A DNA stretch of 64,000 bases from an uncultured Acidobacteriota bacterium (GTDB lineage Bacteria; Acidobacteriota; Thermoanaerobaculia; UBA5066; DATFVB01), in the NCBI GenBank assembly GCA_963813155.1, contig CAWEYG010000003.1:672001-736000 (forward strand), read 5' to 3'. Below, in pieces: positions 47,027 to 56,808 of the stretch (the stretch's first letter is position 1; every line of letters begins with the position of its first letter). A program made the translations under genes and the position numbers. The notes below the pieces were generated by a model. It did not search any database. It saw nothing but the letters and a program-made list of their open reading frames with translations, and was not told where the DNA came from.

Positions 47027-49438
47027 ATGAACGGCTTTCTGCACGACCTTCGATTCGCCGCCCGCTCGCTGAGAAAGTCGCCGGGCTTCACGGCGGTCGC
47101 CGTCGCGACCCTGGCGCTGGGGATCGGCGCGAATACCGCCATCTTCTCCGTCGTTCATGCCGCCCTTCTTCGCCGGCTGCCGTTCCGGGACGCCGATCGG
47201 CTCGTCTTCGTCTGGGAATCCGCCAGGACGCAGGGTTCGGAGAAAAACGTCGTCAACCCGGGCAACTACATGCGCTGGACGGAGAGAAACCGATCCTTCG
47301 AGAGCCTCGCGGCGATGACCCCGTGGACCGCGAACCTGAGCGGGCCGGGAGATCCCGTTCGAATCAAGATCGGCTACGTCTCGGGGAACTTCTTTCCGAC
47401 TCTCGGAGGCCTGCCCCTCGCCGGACGGCTCCTGCAACCGTCGGACGCGAAGGACCGGAGCCCCGACGTGGTCGCAATTTCCGCGGGGCTCTGGCAGAGG
47501 CGCTTTGGAAGCGACCCCTCGATCCTCGGGAAGATCGTCCGGATCAACGGCGTCCCCTGCGCCGTGGTCGGAGTCGTACCGCTCCATCTCGACGTTCCCG
47601 CCGGCACGGATGTCTGGATGCCGATGGCGTTCGGCGCCCGGCAGCGGGACGTGCCGGGAAGGTATCTGACCGTCATCGGGCGTCTGAGGAGGGGCGTTTC
47701 CCTTCGACAGTCTCAGCAGGAAATGGCGTCGATCGCGGCCGCGCTTCGGAAAGAGCGTCCCGACATCGACAGCGGGTGGGGCGCGCGCGTCGTTTCGATG
47801 CGCGAACAGATCGTCGGCGATTTTCGAACCGGCCTTCTGGTCCTGATGGGGGCCGTCGGCTGCCTCCTGCTGATCGGTTGCGCGAATCTCGCGAATCTCG
47901 TCCTCGGCCGGACGGCCGGCCGGCGGCGGGAGCTCGCCGTTCGCGCCGCGCTCGGGGCTTCCCGCGGGCAGATCGCCCGGGCCCTCCTCGCCGAAACCGT
48001 TCTGCTCGCGATCGCGGGAGGCTTCGCAGGAGGCGCGTTCGGAATCCTCGGCGTCCGGGCGCTCCTGGCCCTCGTCCCGGCGGACCTTCCGAATTTCCTC
48101 GGCGTGCGCGTCAGCGCGCCCGTTCTGGCATTCACGGCGGCCGTCTCGGTTCTCGTCGGCTTTCTCTTCGGCCTCTATCCGGCCCTTCGCGCCGGAGGTG
48201 GAAACCTGCAGGAGAGACTGCGGGGCGCGGGCTCGACGGACTCGCCCACGGGCGCGAAATACTCCCGCTGGCTGATCGGCATGGAAGTCGCCGCCTGCGT
48301 CGTCCTTTTGTCCGGCGCCGGCCTGCTCCTGAGAAGCCTGGCCGCGCTCTGGAGCGTCGATCCCGGTTTCCGCACCGAAAGCATCCTGACTTTTCGCCTC
48401 GACCTTCCCACCCGGAGCTACTCCGATTCGCAGAAAATCACGACTTTTTCGGATGCCGCGGAACAAAGGCTGCGCTCCCTGCCCGGCGTGAATAGCGTCG
48501 GGGTCATCAGCTGGCTACCGCTCGGCGGGCCCGGCGCGGCGACCCAATACTTTCCCGCGGACCGCCCCGCGCCGGCCCCGGGCTCCGAACCGGTTGCCGA
48601 AGTTCGAGTCGTCAGCTCCGGATTCTTCCCGACGGCGGGAGTGCCGCTTCTTCACGGCCGGCTCTTCGGAAACGAGGACTCGGCGCGGAGCCCATTGCGC
48701 GCCGTGATCAACGCTCAGCTGGCCCGAAGAAGCTTCGACGGCCGCGATCCGATCGGTAAGCGGCTTTCCGTGAGCTGGGGCCCGGCCCCGGAAGGCGAGA
48801 GCGTGGAAGTCGTCGGCGTCGTGGCGGACTCGCAATTCGTCTCTCTCGACGCGGAAGTTCGCCCGGTGATCTTCCTTCCGCAGAGCCAGCAACCCAACAA
48901 TTTCATGACCGTGCTGTTGCGAAGCTCCGGGCGCCCGGCGTCCCTCGCGCCGTCGATTCGCGCGACGATCCGCTCCCTCGATCCGGAGCTGCCTGTCGCG
49001 GAGATTCAACCGATGGACAGGGTCGTCGCGGATTCCCTCAAACGGCCCCGGTTCTTCTCGACGCTCCTCGGCCTGTTCGCAGGTCTCGCGCTCCTGCTCG
49101 CGGCCATCGGCGTCTACGGCGTCGTCAATTCGTCAACCGTCCGGCGAACCCGCGAAGTCGGAATCCGGATCGCTCTCGGCGCGCGCCCCGCCGACATCGT
49201 CCGGAACGTCGTCTCACGGGGGATGTTGCCGGTCGCCGCGGGCGCCGCAACCGGCCTCGCGGGATCGTTCGTCGCGGGGCGCCTCCTCAAGAGCCTCCTG
49301 TTCGGAAGAACCCCTGTGGACGCCGTCGCCCTCCTCGGCGCGGTTTTCCTTCTCGTTACGACGGCCCTCATCGCCTGCGCGATTCCCGCCCGACGCGCCG
49401 CGAAAATCGATCCCCTCCGGGCGCTTCGAGCAGAGTGA
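47027..49438 (+). CDS. ADOP-type duplicated ABC permease #2
   Basis: 803 aa; two MacB_PCD+FtsX repeats (RRRELAVRAALGA; RTREVGIRIALGA); ends DPLRALRAE. Confidence 0.93.
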   Translation: MNGFLHDLRFAARSLRKSPGFTAVAVATLALGIGANTAIFSVVHAALLRRLPFRDADRLVFVWESARTQGSEKNVVNPGNYMRWTERNRSFESLAAMTPWTANLSGPGDPVRIKIGYVSGNFFPTLGGLPLAGRLLQPSDAKDRSPDVVAISAGLWQRRFGSDPSILGKIVRINGVPCAVVGVVPLHLDVPAGTDVWMPMAFGARQRDVPGRYLTVIGRLRRGVSLRQSQQEMASIAAALRKERPDIDSGWGARVVSMREQIVGDFRTGLLVLMGAVGCLLLIGCANLANLVLGRTAGRRRELAVRAALGASRGQIARALLAETVLLAIAGGFAGGAFGILGVRALLALVPADLPNFLGVRVSAPVLAFTAAVSVLVGFLFGLYPALRAGGGNLQERLRGAGSTDSPTGAKYSRWLIGMEVAACVVLLSGAGLLLRSLAALWSVDPGFRTESILTFRLDLPTRSYSDSQKITTFSDAAEQRLRSLPGVNSVGVISWLPLGGPGAATQYFPADRPAPAPGSEPVAEVRVVSSGFFPTAGVPLLHGRLFGNEDSARSPLRAVINAQLARRSFDGRDPIGKRLSVSWGPAPEGESVEVVGVVADSQFVSLDAEVRPVIFLPQSQQPNNFMTVLLRSSGRPASLAPSIRATIRSLDPELPVAEIQPMDRVVADSLKRPRFFSTLLGLFAGLALLLAAIGVYGVVNSSTVRRTREVGIRIALGARPADIVRNVVSRGMLPVAAGAATGLAGSFVAGRLLKSLLFGRTPVDAVALLGAVFLLVTTALIACAIPARRAAKIDPLRALRAE

Positions 49439-49447
49439 GGTGACGCG

Positions 49448-51859
49448 ATGACCGGAATTTGGCACGACCTCCGATACGCGGCGCGGACGCTCCGCAGGTC
49501 TCCCGGTTTCACCGCCGTCGCGGTCCTGACGCTCGCCCTCGGCATCGGAGCGAACACGGCGATCTACGGCATCGTCAACGGAGTCCTCCTGCGGCCGCTC
49601 CCCTTTCCCGACTCGGATCGCCTCGTCATGGTCCGCGAAGACGAGCCCGAGAAGGGATTTCTCGGCATGACCGCTTCGCCCCCCAATTTCCTGGATTGGA
49701 AGGCCCAGAGCCATTCCTTCACGGATCTCGCCGCCTACGATCGAAGCTCGGACGCGGTCACCGGCTCGGGCGATCCGGAGCAGGTGAAGTACGCGGAGGC
49801 CACGGCCTCGCTCTTTTCCGTCCTCGGCGTCCGCCCGGCGATCGGCCGCGTCTATTCGGAGCAGGAGTGCGTCAAGGGGAAAGACCGCGTCGCGGTGTTG
49901 AGCCACGGGCTCTGGCTGCGCCGATTCGGAGGACGCGCGGACGCGGTCGGTTCGACTCTGCGGCTCGCCGGCGAGCCGTACACCGTGATCGGGGTGATGC
50001 CGCCCGGGTTCCAGTTTCCGGCGACGAACCACGACCTCTGGATTCCCATGAGCTTTCCCGCAGACGTCGCGACGCAGCGCGGCGCCCATTACATTTCCGT
50101 CGTGGGACGGCTTCGGCCGGGGGTTTCCCTTCCGGGAGTCGAGACCGAAATGAAGGGAATCGCGTCCCGCCTCGCGGCCGCGTATCCCAAAACGAACCAG
50201 GGGCACACGGTCTCGATCAAGACGCTGAAGGAACAGATCGTCGGAAAGGTGAAGCCCGCGCTCCTCCTGCTGATGGGAGCCGTCGCTCTCGTCGTCCTGA
50301 TCGCCTGCGCGAACGTCGCGAACCTGCTCCTCGCCCGCTCGTCGGGCCGCGGCCGGGAAATGGCGGTTCGCACCGCGCTCGGCGCGGGCCGGCCGCGCCT
50401 GATCCGGCAGCTCCTCACGGAGTCGTTGCTCCTCTCCGGAATCGGCGCGGCGCTCGCGGTCCTGCTCGCGCGGCTCGCCGACGGACTCATCATCCGGTTC
50501 GGACCGAAGGACATTCCGCGGCTCGCCGAGGCGGGAATCGACGGCGCGGTTCTGGCCGTGACGGCGGGGATCGCCGTGGCGACAACCGTCGTTTTCGGCC
50601 TGCTCCCCGCGCTTCGGGCGACCCGCTCCAGTCCGTCTTCCACGCTCAAGGAAAACTCTGCCACGGGAGGCCCGAACCGGGAGCGCCTCCGCGGCGTCCT
50701 CGTGGCCGGCGAGATGGCGCTCGCGCTCATGCTCCTCGCCGGCGCGGGCCTTCTCGTCAAGAGCCTTTCACGGCTGGTGCGAATCGACCCGGGGTTCCGA
50801 ACCGACCACGTCCTGACGTTCGACCTCACACTCGACTCGAAATACAAGGACACGGCGGCGGTGTCCGGCTTCTATCGAGGCCTTCTCGACGAGATCAACC
50901 GGATCCCCGGCGTCCGCGCTTCGGGAAGCGTGTTCTGCGCCCCGCTCTCCGACTCGGGGTTCAGCAGCTCGTTCTCCGTTCGGGGCGCTCCCGTCCCGGA
51001 GCAGGACCAGCCTTCGCTCAATCTCCGCGTCGTCTCGCCCGATTACTTTCGCACGATGAGGATTCCGCTCGTCGCAGGCCGGCTCCTCTCGGACCACGAC
51101 CGCCGCGGCGGCGACCGGGTCCTGCTGCTCACACAGACGGCGGCGCGCAGGTTCTGGCCGAACGGAGGAGCAATCGGACAATACCTGCGCCTCGGCGCGC
51201 GGCCGAGCTCGGACGAGGTGGAGGGCACGGTCGTCGGGATCGTCGGGGACACCCGTGATTCCGCTCTCGCCGAAGACCCGCAACCCGCGGCCTACTTTCC
51301 GCTCGACCAGGTCGGCGTTTCGGGATTGACGATCGTCGTTCGAACGGCACAACCGCCCAAAGCCGTCGCCGCCTCCGTTCGAAGCGTCGTCTCCCGCCTC
51401 GACCGGGACCTGCCGGTCGTCGGAATGACGTCGATGGACGACGTCGTCTCCCAGTCGCTCGCGCGACCCCGGTTCTACGCATTCCTGCTCCTGGTCTTTT
51501 CGCTGACCGCCCTCGGGCTCGCCGCCGTCGGGATCTACGGGGTCCTTTCGTACGCGGTCGCCCAGCGGACCCGGGAAATCGGCATCCGGATCGCCGTCGG
51601 GGCAGAGCGCAAGGACGTGATGGCGATGATCCTCCGCCGGGCCGCGCTCCTCGCGCTCACCGGCCTGGGAGCGGGGCTCGTCGCGTCGCTTCTCTCGACG
51701 CGCCTGCTTTCGGGGATTCTCTACGGCGTGGCGCCGACGGACCCCGCGACGATCCTCGAGGTCTCGGCAGTTCTTTTCGCCGTCGCGCTCCTGGCTTCCT
51801 ATTTCCCGGCGCGCCGGGCGACGCGGGTCGATCCGATGACGGCGCTTCGGAACGAATGA
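49448..51859 (+). CDS. ADOP-type duplicated ABC permease #3
   Basis: 803 aa; LIACANVANLLLAR...REMAVRTALGA; QRTREIGIR; ends DPMTALRNE. Confidence 0.93.
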   Translation: MTGIWHDLRYAARTLRRSPGFTAVAVLTLALGIGANTAIYGIVNGVLLRPLPFPDSDRLVMVREDEPEKGFLGMTASPPNFLDWKAQSHSFTDLAAYDRSSDAVTGSGDPEQVKYAEATASLFSVLGVRPAIGRVYSEQECVKGKDRVAVLSHGLWLRRFGGRADAVGSTLRLAGEPYTVIGVMPPGFQFPATNHDLWIPMSFPADVATQRGAHYISVVGRLRPGVSLPGVETEMKGIASRLAAAYPKTNQGHTVSIKTLKEQIVGKVKPALLLLMGAVALVVLIACANVANLLLARSSGRGREMAVRTALGAGRPRLIRQLLTESLLLSGIGAALAVLLARLADGLIIRFGPKDIPRLAEAGIDGAVLAVTAGIAVATTVVFGLLPALRATRSSPSSTLKENSATGGPNRERLRGVLVAGEMALALMLLAGAGLLVKSLSRLVRIDPGFRTDHVLTFDLTLDSKYKDTAAVSGFYRGLLDEINRIPGVRASGSVFCAPLSDSGFSSSFSVRGAPVPEQDQPSLNLRVVSPDYFRTMRIPLVAGRLLSDHDRRGGDRVLLLTQTAARRFWPNGGAIGQYLRLGARPSSDEVEGTVVGIVGDTRDSALAEDPQPAAYFPLDQVGVSGLTIVVRTAQPPKAVAASVRSVVSRLDRDLPVVGMTSMDDVVSQSLARPRFYAFLLLVFSLTALGLAAVGIYGVLSYAVAQRTREIGIRIAVGAERKDVMAMILRRAALLALTGLGAGLVASLLSTRLLSGILYGVAPTDPATILEVSAVLFAVALLASYFPARRATRVDPMTALRNE

Positions 51860-51869
51860 GGAGGCTCGA

Positions 51870-54295
51870 ATGAACCGCACGGCCCAGAACGTCCGCTACG
51901 CCCTTCGCTCGTTCCGCCGGAGCCCGGGGTTCTCCCTCGTCGCGATCGGTACACTCGCGCTCGCGATCGGGACGACGACGGCGATTGTTTCGCTCTCGCG
52001 CGCGGCGTTGACGAAGTCCCTTCCGTACCGGGATCCGGAAAGGCTCGTCCACGTCTGGGTCACGTATCCGAACGGGGAGCACGAAACGTCTTATCCCGAC
52101 TACCTCGACTGGCGAAGCAAAAGCGCCGCGTTCGAGGACATGGGCGGATACGTCGGCGGGCTGAAAGGCTCACTACGGCTGCGCGCGGATTCCGTGCCGG
52201 TCCGCGCCGCGACCGCGACCGCGAGTTTCTTCACGACGCTCGGGGTCGCGCCGATCCTTGGCCGCGGATTCGACGCGCGCGACGAGCTCCCGAATTCGGA
52301 ACGCGTCGTGCTCCTGAGCCACCGGCTGTGGGCCGAGCGGTTCGGCGCCGACCCGGGCATCGTCGGCCGTTCGATCGAATTCAACGGCTCTCCGAGGCGC
52401 ATCGCGGGAATCCTGCCGTCGCTCTTCAACTTCGCTCCCGCCGGCGGGGCCGAGATCTGGGTGAACGTGCGTCTCGACGCGGAGCGGATGCGACGCAACC
52501 TCTGGTGGCTCAACGTCGTCGCGAGAACGAAGCCGGGAGTCTCGACTCGAAAAGCCCGTGCGGATCTGGCCCACGTCCAAGCGTTGCTCGAGAAGGCTTA
52601 TCCCGATTCCGACTCGGGTCTCGGGATCCGGCTCGTGTCCCTGCGCGACCAGGTGCTCGGCCCCGTGCGGCCCATCCTCGCCGCCCTTCTCGGCGCCGTC
52701 GCGGCCGTCCTTCTGATCGCGTGCGCGAACGTCGCGGGCCTCCTTCTCGGCCGGGCTTCGGCGAGGAGAAAAGAAATCGCTATCCGGATGGCGCTCGGCG
52801 CCGGCTCGCGCGATCTCGTGGCGCAGTTGCTCACGGAAAGCCTCACTCTCGGCGCGATCGGGGGCGCGATCGGAATTCTCGGGGCCCACTGGGGCGTGCG
52901 TCTGCTGCTCTCCGGAATTCCCGAGGCCCAGGCCGCCGCCATGCCGTATCTCGCGCACGCGGGCCTCGACGGAGAAGTCCTGCTCGCGGGAATCGCTCTC
53001 TCGCTCGGCAACGGGAGTGCTGTTCGGCCTCGTCCCGGCGCTCCAGAGCGCGCGGCCGGCCCCGGAGGAGGCCCTGAAAGACGGATACGCGGCCGGCGGC
53101 CGGTCCCGCAACCGGATGCGCAGCGCTCTCGTCGTCTCGGAAATTGCGATCGCGATCGTGCTGCTCACGGGAGCGGGCCTGATGCTCCGAAGCACGCTCG
53201 CTCTTCTCCGGGTGGATCCGGGCTTCGAGACGAAGAACCTGCTGACTCTCCAGATTGCGCTCCCCTCCAACGGCCGCTATGAAGGCGAGGACAAGCTCGC
53301 GATGTTCCACGACCAGCTCATGGCGAAGGATCCGCGCGGTTCCCGGCGTGAAGTCGGTCGGAACGGTGGACGTTCTGCCGCTCTCCGGCGGCGGCAACAC
53401 CGTGGACTTCGCCGTCGAGGGAAGGACGGTCCTTCCGGGTCAGGAGATGGAAGCGAACATCCGCACGGTCTCGCCGAACTATTTCCACGACATGGGCATC
53501 CCGCTCGCGGGCGGGAGGGCCTTCGACGCGAGGGACGTCCGGAGCGGTCCGCGAACCGTCATCGTCAACCGCACGCTCGCCCGCCGCTTCTTCGGCGGCG
53601 CGAACCCGATCGGCCGCCGGATCCGGTTCACGTTCAACGACAAGCAGCCGTTCCGGGAGATCGTCGGCGTCGTCGGCGACGAAAACGAGAAGAGCCTCGA
53701 CTCGGAGCCCGCGCCCGTCGTCTACGCGAGCTTCTTTCAGAGCCTCGACGACTCGATGAGCGTCGTCGTCCGCACGGCAGGGAGGCCGGAGGACCTCGGG
53801 GCTTCGGTGAAGGCGGCGATCCGTTCGATCGACAAAGACGTCATGATCCTCGACGTGACGAGCATGGGGCGGCTCATCACCGACGCTCCGTCCACTTTCC
53901 TCCGGCGCTATCCCGCCTTCCTCATCGGCCTCTTCGCCGCGCTCGCCCTCCTTCTGGCGGCGATCGGCCTGTACGGGATCATGGCGTTCGCGGTGAATTG
54001 CCGCGTGCGCGAGATCGGAATCCGCGTCGCCCTCGGCGCGCAGCGCGGCGACGTGATCGGAATGGTGCTCCGCGAAGGCAGCCGCCTCGTCGCGGCCGGG
54101 CTCGCTCTCGGGATCGCCGGCGCCCTCGCGGCGAGCCGCCTTCTGGCCTCGATCCTCTTCCGGACCAAGCCGTTCGATCCGCCGACGATCGCCGCGGTCT
54201 CGACTCTTCTCGCTCTCGCGGCGCTGCTCGCGTGTTATCTGCCCGCCCGCCGGGCCGCGAACGTCGATCCAATGGTCGCGCTGCGGGAAGAGTGA
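51870..54295 (+). CDS. ADOP-type duplicated ABC permease #4, frameshifts near 53008 and 53329
   Basis: Joined from ORFs 51870, 53017 and 53255; same two-repeat motifs; ends DPMVALREE. Confidence 0.9.
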
Positions 54296-56801
54296 GGGAA
54301 TCATGAGCGGGATCTTCCAGGACGTTCGGTATGCTTTGCGATCCCTTCGCAAAACGCCGGGTTTTACGGTGGTCGCCGTGTTCACCCTCGCGCTCGGCAT
54401 CGGCGCGAACACCGCGATCTTCTCGGTGGTCGACGCGGTTCTTCTTCGCCCGCTTCCGTTCCGCGCGCCCAACCGCCTCGTCATGGTCTGGGAACGGAGG
54501 CCGCAACGCGACCACGTGGTCGCGAGCTACCCGGATTTCCGCGACTGGCGAGACCGCAGCCGTTCGTTCGACGGCATGGCGGCGTTCTCGGCCTGGACGC
54601 ACAATCTCACCGGCGCAAGCTCTCCGGAGCGCGTCGAAAGCGCCGTCGTCTCGACGAACTTCTTCGACGTCCTCGGGGTCACGCCGAGCATCGGCCGAGC
54701 CTTCCGGCCGGAGGAGGAAACGAAAGGCCACGACGATGTCGTCGTGCTGGGCCACGCGTTCTTTCTGAGGCGATTCGGCGGCGATCGATCCGTCGTCGGA
54801 AAGAACATTCTGCTCGACGGAACACCCTTCCGGGTGATCGGCGTGGCGCCGACCGGAATTCGGCTCCCGTCGCTCTCGTCGAACACGGATCTGTTCGTTC
54901 CGGTCATCACCGAGCGCGCCGCGAACGAGACGGCGCCCGCCGGCGCGCCGCACGAGCATGACGGTCCGGTCGTCGCCGACCGGGCCGCCCACGGGTATTA
55001 CCGGGCGGTCGAGAACCGGCAGGGACATTACCTGAGCGTCGTCGCGCGTCTCAAGGGACGGGGTCTCGCTCGCCGCCGCGCAGGGCGATCTCTCCGCGGT
55101 CGCCCGCACGCTTCAGCGGGAGTACCCCGTTTCGAACTCGAACCACGCGATCGACGCCTTCCCGCTTTCGCGCGAGGTCGCCGGTCCCGCGCGCCCGGCT
55201 CTCCTCGCGCTTCTCGGCTCGGTTTTCGTCCTCCTCGCGATCGCGTCGGTCAACGTCGCGAACATGCTCCTTTCGCGAGCCACGGCGCGGTCCCACGAGA
55301 TCGCCGTCCGCACGGCCCTTGGCGCCGGCCGTGCTCGGCTGGTCCAGCAACTCCTGGTCGAGAGCCTCGTCCTGTCCCTGATCGGCGGCGCGCTGGGGGT
55401 CATCGCCGCGTCGACGGGTGTCGCGCTCGTCCGGAGATTCGGGCCCGCGGACATAGCCCGCCTCGACCAGGCGCGGGTGGATGGGGCCGTCCTCCTCTAT
55501 GCGTTCGCGATCTCGCTCGCGACCGGAGTTCTTTTCGGCCTCGCGCCGGCCGCGCACGCCTCCGTGAAGCGCCTGAGCGATGCCCTCAAGCAGGGCGACC
55601 GGCGCGTCGCGCGGGGGGAAGGGCGAGCGGGGCGCGTCCTCGTCGCGTCTGAATTCGCGCTGTCGGTGGTTCTCCTGCTCGGCGCCGGGCTCATGCTCAA
55701 GAGCTTCTGGCGCCTCGCCCACGTCGACCCCGGCTTCGCAACGGATAGGATCATGACCGCGGAGCTCGATTTTCCCGAAGCGAAGTACCCGCGGGGGCGC
55801 GACATTTCGGCCTTCGGCACGCGGCTGCTCGAGCGGCTGCGCGCCATGCCCGGCGTCGATCGGGCCGGCGCCGTTTCGAACCTGCCGTTCCGCGGCGATC
55901 GGCGAATGAACCTGTCTTTCGTCGTCCAGGGACGGCGATCGGATCCCGCCAGTCCGCTCATCGCCGTCTACTCGTCCGCGACACCCGGCTACTTCGAAAC
56001 GCTCGAGCTCCCTCTCGAGCGCGGACGCCCGTTCACCGACGGCGACACCCGCGAGGCGCCGAAAGTCGCAATCGTCAACCGGACCCTCGCGCACTCCATA
56101 TTCCCCGGACAGGATCCCGTCGGCCGGCGGATCTCCCTCGAGGACGAGCCCGGGCCGAACGACTGGGCGACGATCGTGGGAGTCGTCGGGGACGTCCGGA
56201 GCGATTCGCTCGCCTCGGCCGCCACGAACCAGATCTACATGCCCTTCGCTCAGAACGCGCAATCGGGCATGGCCGTCGTCGTGCGCGCGCGAGAGCCGAA
56301 GGCGCTTGCCGCCGCGATTCGTTCGGCCGTCTCGGAGATCGATCCGGACGAGCCCGTGTACGCCATCCTGCCGCTCGCCGACATCGTGGCGGAGACGACG
56401 GAGCAGCCCCGCTTTCGAGCGTTCCTCACCGCCGCGTTCGCCGCGCTCGCGCTGATTCTCGCGGCGATCGGAATCTACGGCGTGCTGTCGTATTCCGTCG
56501 CGCGGCGCACGCACGAGATCGGGATCCGGATCGCGCTCGGCGCCGCGCGGAGAGACGTGCTGCGGCTCGTCGTCGGAGGCGGGATGCTCCTCGCCGTGAT
56601 CGGCGTCGCGGTCGGTCTGATCGCCGGCGCGCTCGCTTCGCGAGCGCTTTCGGCGCTGCTCTACGGTGTTGCCGCCACCGACGTACCGACGTTTGCGGCC
56701 GTCGCCGGGATTCTCCTCGGCGTCGCGCTCGCGGCGTCCGTCGTGCCCGGGTGGCGGGCCTTGCGCGTCGACCCCATGGTCGCGCTGCGGGAAGAGTGAG
56801 G
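54272..56801 (+). repeat. Exact 26-bp direct repeat flanking permease #5 (54272-54297 and 56776-56801)
   Basis: ATGGTCGCGCTGCGGGAAGAGTGAGG read at both positions. Confidence 0.85.
54303..56799 (+). CDS. ADOP-type duplicated ABC permease #5, frameshift near 55056
   Basis: Joined from ORFs 54303 and 55264 frames; about 30-aa insertion in the first periplasmic domain; ends DPMVALREE. Confidence 0.9.
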
Positions 56802-56808
56802 TGAAACG

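Noticed and set aside
55-55060. About 14 frameshifts (hydrolase, pyrE, STAS-like, RND permease, cls, AP-TPR x3, lon x2, permeases #1, #4 x2, #5) read as pseudogenes, phase variation or programmed frameshifting
   Set aside because: They are single-base indels, several in 2-4 nt G/C runs. They hit core genes, and there are no in-frame stops or other decay. This is the pattern of long-read consensus error. Read polishing would settle it.
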